From the IMG/VR virus record IMGVR_UViG_3300042549_004140: DNA of 64,000 nucleotides; one strand, written 5' to 3'. Below, one piece after another: positions 61,328 to 64,000 of the stretch. The stretch's first letter is position 1; every line of letters begins with the position of its first letter. The notes under the pieces were generated by a model. That model was not told the origin of the DNA, did not search any database, and worked only from the letters and a program-made list of their open reading frames with translations. The DNA comes from an uncultured virus (IMG/VR IMGVR_UViG_3300042549_004140) (lineage: Duplodnaviria > Heunggongvirae > Uroviricota > Caudoviricetes). Position numbers and translations under genes: made by a program.

Positions 61328-62152
61328 ATGAAAAAAACTAGCAAAATGTATATCCCGATCTGGGACCAGGTCCTGAAGAATGGGATCCGTATCGATGACC
61401 AGCTAACTAAAGCCGGGATCGAGTTCCTAATCTGGGACCTAAACCCAGTTCCTCAAAAACGAACTAACTGGGTTCCGGCAGAGAAAGTTTGGTATTACGG
61501 ACACTTCTACAACTCACTAGAAGATTTTGCTAAGACCGATCACGGCATCTTTATTTTCAATGCTGGAGATGCCTACAGTGACCAGCACGCCGAGTTTGTC
61601 AGACTTCTAGAAGACCAGATGACAGCAGACGAAGACATCTGGGTGATGTCACCACGTATGGTAAATGACGCCAGCGAGGGGATGTTCTCGCTAATTCAAA
61701 TGTCCAAAAGCCACGAGAACATGGGGTTAATGTCATTCATTAACGGTATCTATGTTGCGATGAATCGAGAAGCTGCATTAGATATTCTGGAATACTACCG
61801 CTGGCTTCTAGCGAACGACTACATGGACTTTTCAAAGATGGTAACCGGCCACTGCCTAGACAAGGTTTGCGGTGCCTGGGCAATCTACAACAATAAAAAG
61901 GTATACCGCAAATGGGACTTTTTTATGAGAACAGAAATCAGCACCTCGTACGCCTTAGAAACTGCAGCCAGTGACTGCAAAAACATTAAAGACAGATTTG
62001 CAGAATATCTAGAATATCTAGGAAAAGACTCTGCACCACTAAAAGTAATATACGAAGCAATCGAAGACAAAGCCAACTACCACTTCCGCACAGAGTACCC
62101 GATTGAAAAAATATACGCCAACTTGAAGAACATCGAGGATCTAGATTACTAA
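61328..62152 (+). CDS. Hypothetical protein (possibly glyco-related)
   Basis: 274-aa ORF coupled to the cytidylyltransferase gene. Confidence 0.65.
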   Translation: MKKTSKMYIPIWDQVLKNGIRIDDQLTKAGIEFLIWDLNPVPQKRTNWVPAEKVWYYGHFYNSLEDFAKTDHGIFIFNAGDAYSDQHAEFVRLLEDQMTADEDIWVMSPRMVNDASEGMFSLIQMSKSHENMGLMSFINGIYVAMNREAALDILEYYRWLLANDYMDFSKMVTGHCLDKVCGAWAIYNNKKVYRKWDFFMRTEISTSYALETAASDCKNIKDRFAEYLEYLGKDSAPLKVIYEAIEDKANYHFRTEYPIEKIYANLKNIEDLDY

Positions 62153-62580
62153 TGAATACTCCAGTTGTTTACACAGGAGGCACATTCGATCTCCCGCACC
62201 CAGGGCACTATCGACTCTTAGAACGAGCTGCAGACTTTGGCAAGGTTGTGGTAGCCCTAAACACAGACGAGTTTATCTACAACTACAAGGGAAAATACCC
62301 AGTTCTGACCTACAACGAACGCGAAGAGATTCTAATGGCCTGTAAATGGGTAGACCGCGTGATCCCAAACTTTGGCGGGGAGGACTCAACTATTTCGATT
62401 GATATGGTAAAGCCAGACTACATTATTATTGGGTCCGACTGGGCACGTAGAGACTACTACAAGCAAATGGGGTTTACTCAAGACTGGCTTGACGAGCGCG
62501 GGATTGGACTCATCTACGTGCCGTACACAAAAGGCATAAGTAGTACCGACATTAAGAAACGTATGAAGGATCTAGACTAA
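62152..62580 (+). CDS. Glycerol-3-phosphate cytidylyltransferase-like (TagD family)
   Basis: YTGGTFDLPHPGH, VALNTDEF, GSDW, YT.GISSTDIK. Confidence 0.9.
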   Translation: MNTPVVYTGGTFDLPHPGHYRLLERAADFGKVVVALNTDEFIYNYKGKYPVLTYNEREEILMACKWVDRVIPNFGGEDSTISIDMVKPDYIIIGSDWARRDYYKQMGFTQDWLDERGIGLIYVPYTKGISSTDIKKRMKDLD

Positions 62581-63119
62581 AAAAGTCTACCATCCAAGTC
62601 TTCTTCTAGCTCAGCAGCCTCTGCTGCAGCAATAGCTTCTAACTCTTTACGAAGTTTCTTTTCCGCAATCATAGATTTATAAGCATTTACAGCATTAGCA
62701 CTAGTGCGACTTCTCCAAGTAAATCCGCAGTCAGTACAACTGACAAGTCTAACTGTAGTCCAACGACCACCGTCCGGGTTCTCAGCAATCACTGGCTCAA
62801 GCTTTTTAGCTGTAGCACCGCAAAAAAGACACTGAGGGTAGCGGTCCCTGCGAATCTCAGCTCCGTCTGCATTTACAGATAAAGTACGACGAATCTCGTG
62901 CTCGTCTTTGCCTCCCCATATCCCCCAGATCTGGCTATTCTCTAGAGCCCACTTGATGCAATCTTTACGAACGGGGCAGAGGGCGCAGATACTCCGAGCA
63001 ACTGCTTTTTCCTTAGGATCTTCGGAAAAGAAAAATTCTACCTTTTCCATATTTTTATTTTTAGCGCACTCTGCATCAGACTGCCAATCCATGTCCTTGC
63101 TAGGAACCCATTCAACCAT
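62577..63119 (-). CDS. whiB: WhiB-family regulator with a C-terminal Zn ribbon
   Basis: WQSDAEC...FF...ARSICALCPVRKDC...WGIWGG, then CLFC...CTDC. Confidence 0.9.
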   Translation of the reverse strand: MVEWVPSKDMDWQSDAECAKNKNMEKVEFFFSEDPKEKAVARSICALCPVRKDCIKWALENSQIWGIWGGKDEHEIRRTLSVNADGAEIRRDRYPQCLFCGATAKKLEPVIAENPDGGRWTTVRLVSCTDCGFTWRSRTSANAVNAYKSMIAEKKLRKELEAIAAAEAAELEEDLDGRLF

Positions 63120-63522
63120 TAAGCTCTACCCACGTAATTTCTAGTATTTCATCAACAACATCACCAGAATCAGTTTCTCCAAACTCATTACAGACCGTGA
63201 GAAAGATCTCACCGTCAATATATCCACCAAAACCATGAGTAATCAACCCAGCATCTGCCAGCCGGTAGCCCTCACCAAGAGATATAGCTATACCATCTCT
63301 CTGCAGCGAAGACGCTAGAGCGCGTTTCACAACATCAATCTCAACGTCTACATGCTCAAAAGTGTAGAACATAATTGAAGAAGGTCTGAAGGGGACAAAC
63401 CCTTCTCCAGACCATTCTACCCATAGGCCCTCGCCTACTCTAGAATCCTTCAATTCACGCTCCTGATATACCTCTATTTTACAAGTTTTTCTGCCCATAA
63501 TTACAATAAAACCAAGCCACAA
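63112..63522 (-). CDS. Hypothetical protein (start uncertain)
   Basis: ORF overlapping the whiB start. Confidence 0.6.
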   Translation of the reverse strand: MWLGFIVIMGRKTCKIEVYQERELKDSRVGEGLWVEWSGEGFVPFRPSSIMFYTFEHVDVEIDVVKRALASSLQRDGIAISLGEGYRLADAGLITHGFGGYIDGEIFLTVCNEFGETDSGDVVDEILEITWVELNG

Positions 63523-63600
63523 AATTAAAACATAGGAGATTATAGGGGATGGATTTTCGTAGTAAAATTACTGTATACGTACTACGAATAGGAATACACA

Positions 63601-63768
63601 ATGTCAGACAACACTGAACTTTTCAACAACGTTCTAGCAGTCACCCGCGATCAACTAAGCAAGTCCATGGGACTAAATGCGGAACTTGAAGCACTGCTCA
63701 TGGTGGAGCGCAATAAGGTGGCTGAGCTAGAAAAGCAACTTGAAGAAGCTAAAAAAGAAAAGAAGTAG
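63601..63768 (+). CDS. Small coiled-coil protein
   Basis: AGGA RBS, 55 aa. Confidence 0.6.
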   Translation: MSDNTELFNNVLAVTRDQLSKSMGLNAELEALLMVERNKVAELEKQLEEAKKEKK

Positions 63769-63770
63769 TC

Positions 63771-64000
63771 ATGTACGAAGTTAAAGATGGTGCCAGAACT
63801 TTACAGTTCAACGGCACTCTTCTAGGCAAGTCTACTTCGTGGCGCAGGGGCTCAACCAGATGGATTGAGTTTGAACTTTACAAAACCGAGAGCGGCTCAT
63901 ACATCCTTTCTAGGATTGGAGTCTCTACGGTATTTCATGGAGCCGCATGCTCACTTGTGAAGCGATACGGACTTAGCGAAGCACACTACTCCTCGCTAAG
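63771..64000 (+). CDS. Hypothetical protein (partial)
   Basis: Open frame from ATG 63771 to the window end. Confidence 0.55.
   Translation, partial: MYEVKDGARTLQFNGTLLGKSTSWRRGSTRWIEFELYKTESGSYILSRIGVSTVFHGAACSLVKRYGLSEAHYSSL

Overview
This looks like 64 kb of a large lytic dsDNA phage of an actinobacterial host. The evidence is three WhiB genes, a ClgR-like HTH, DUF3039, class Ib nrdHIEF, thyX, groES, a tmRNA with an FALAA tag and a tRNA-Thr; I found no capsid, portal or polymerase genes here. (i) 1-18.7 kb is a minus-strand early-type region of short hypothetical genes. Its first 10.3 kb is built as a 16-unit array: each cassette has a terminator, a conserved ~35-bp element with a covarying C-GGA-G hairpin (N4 virion-RNAP-promoter-like geometry), a sigma-A-type promoter and often a conserved 5' leader hairpin. 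By eye the first ~19.4 kb contains no GATC. (ii) 19-29 kb holds cell-wall hydrolases, a possible small terminase and a large secreted protein. (iii) 29-46 kb holds nucleotide metabolism, regulators and RNA genes, plus a gene cluster whose products end in EEPDIVY; the same tail occurs at 10-14 kb. (iv) 47-64 kb holds a collagen-like fibre, glyco-enzymes, dNMP kinase, a serine recombinase, a primase-helicase and a phosphoesterase. The best candidates for undescribed biology are the hairpin cassette array, the shared C-terminal peptide tag, a WhiB-WhiA(HTH) fusion, a nuclease sharing the recombinase's C-terminal domain, and a shared non-canonical T-loop in tRNA and tmRNA. All family assignments are by motif recognition, not database search.
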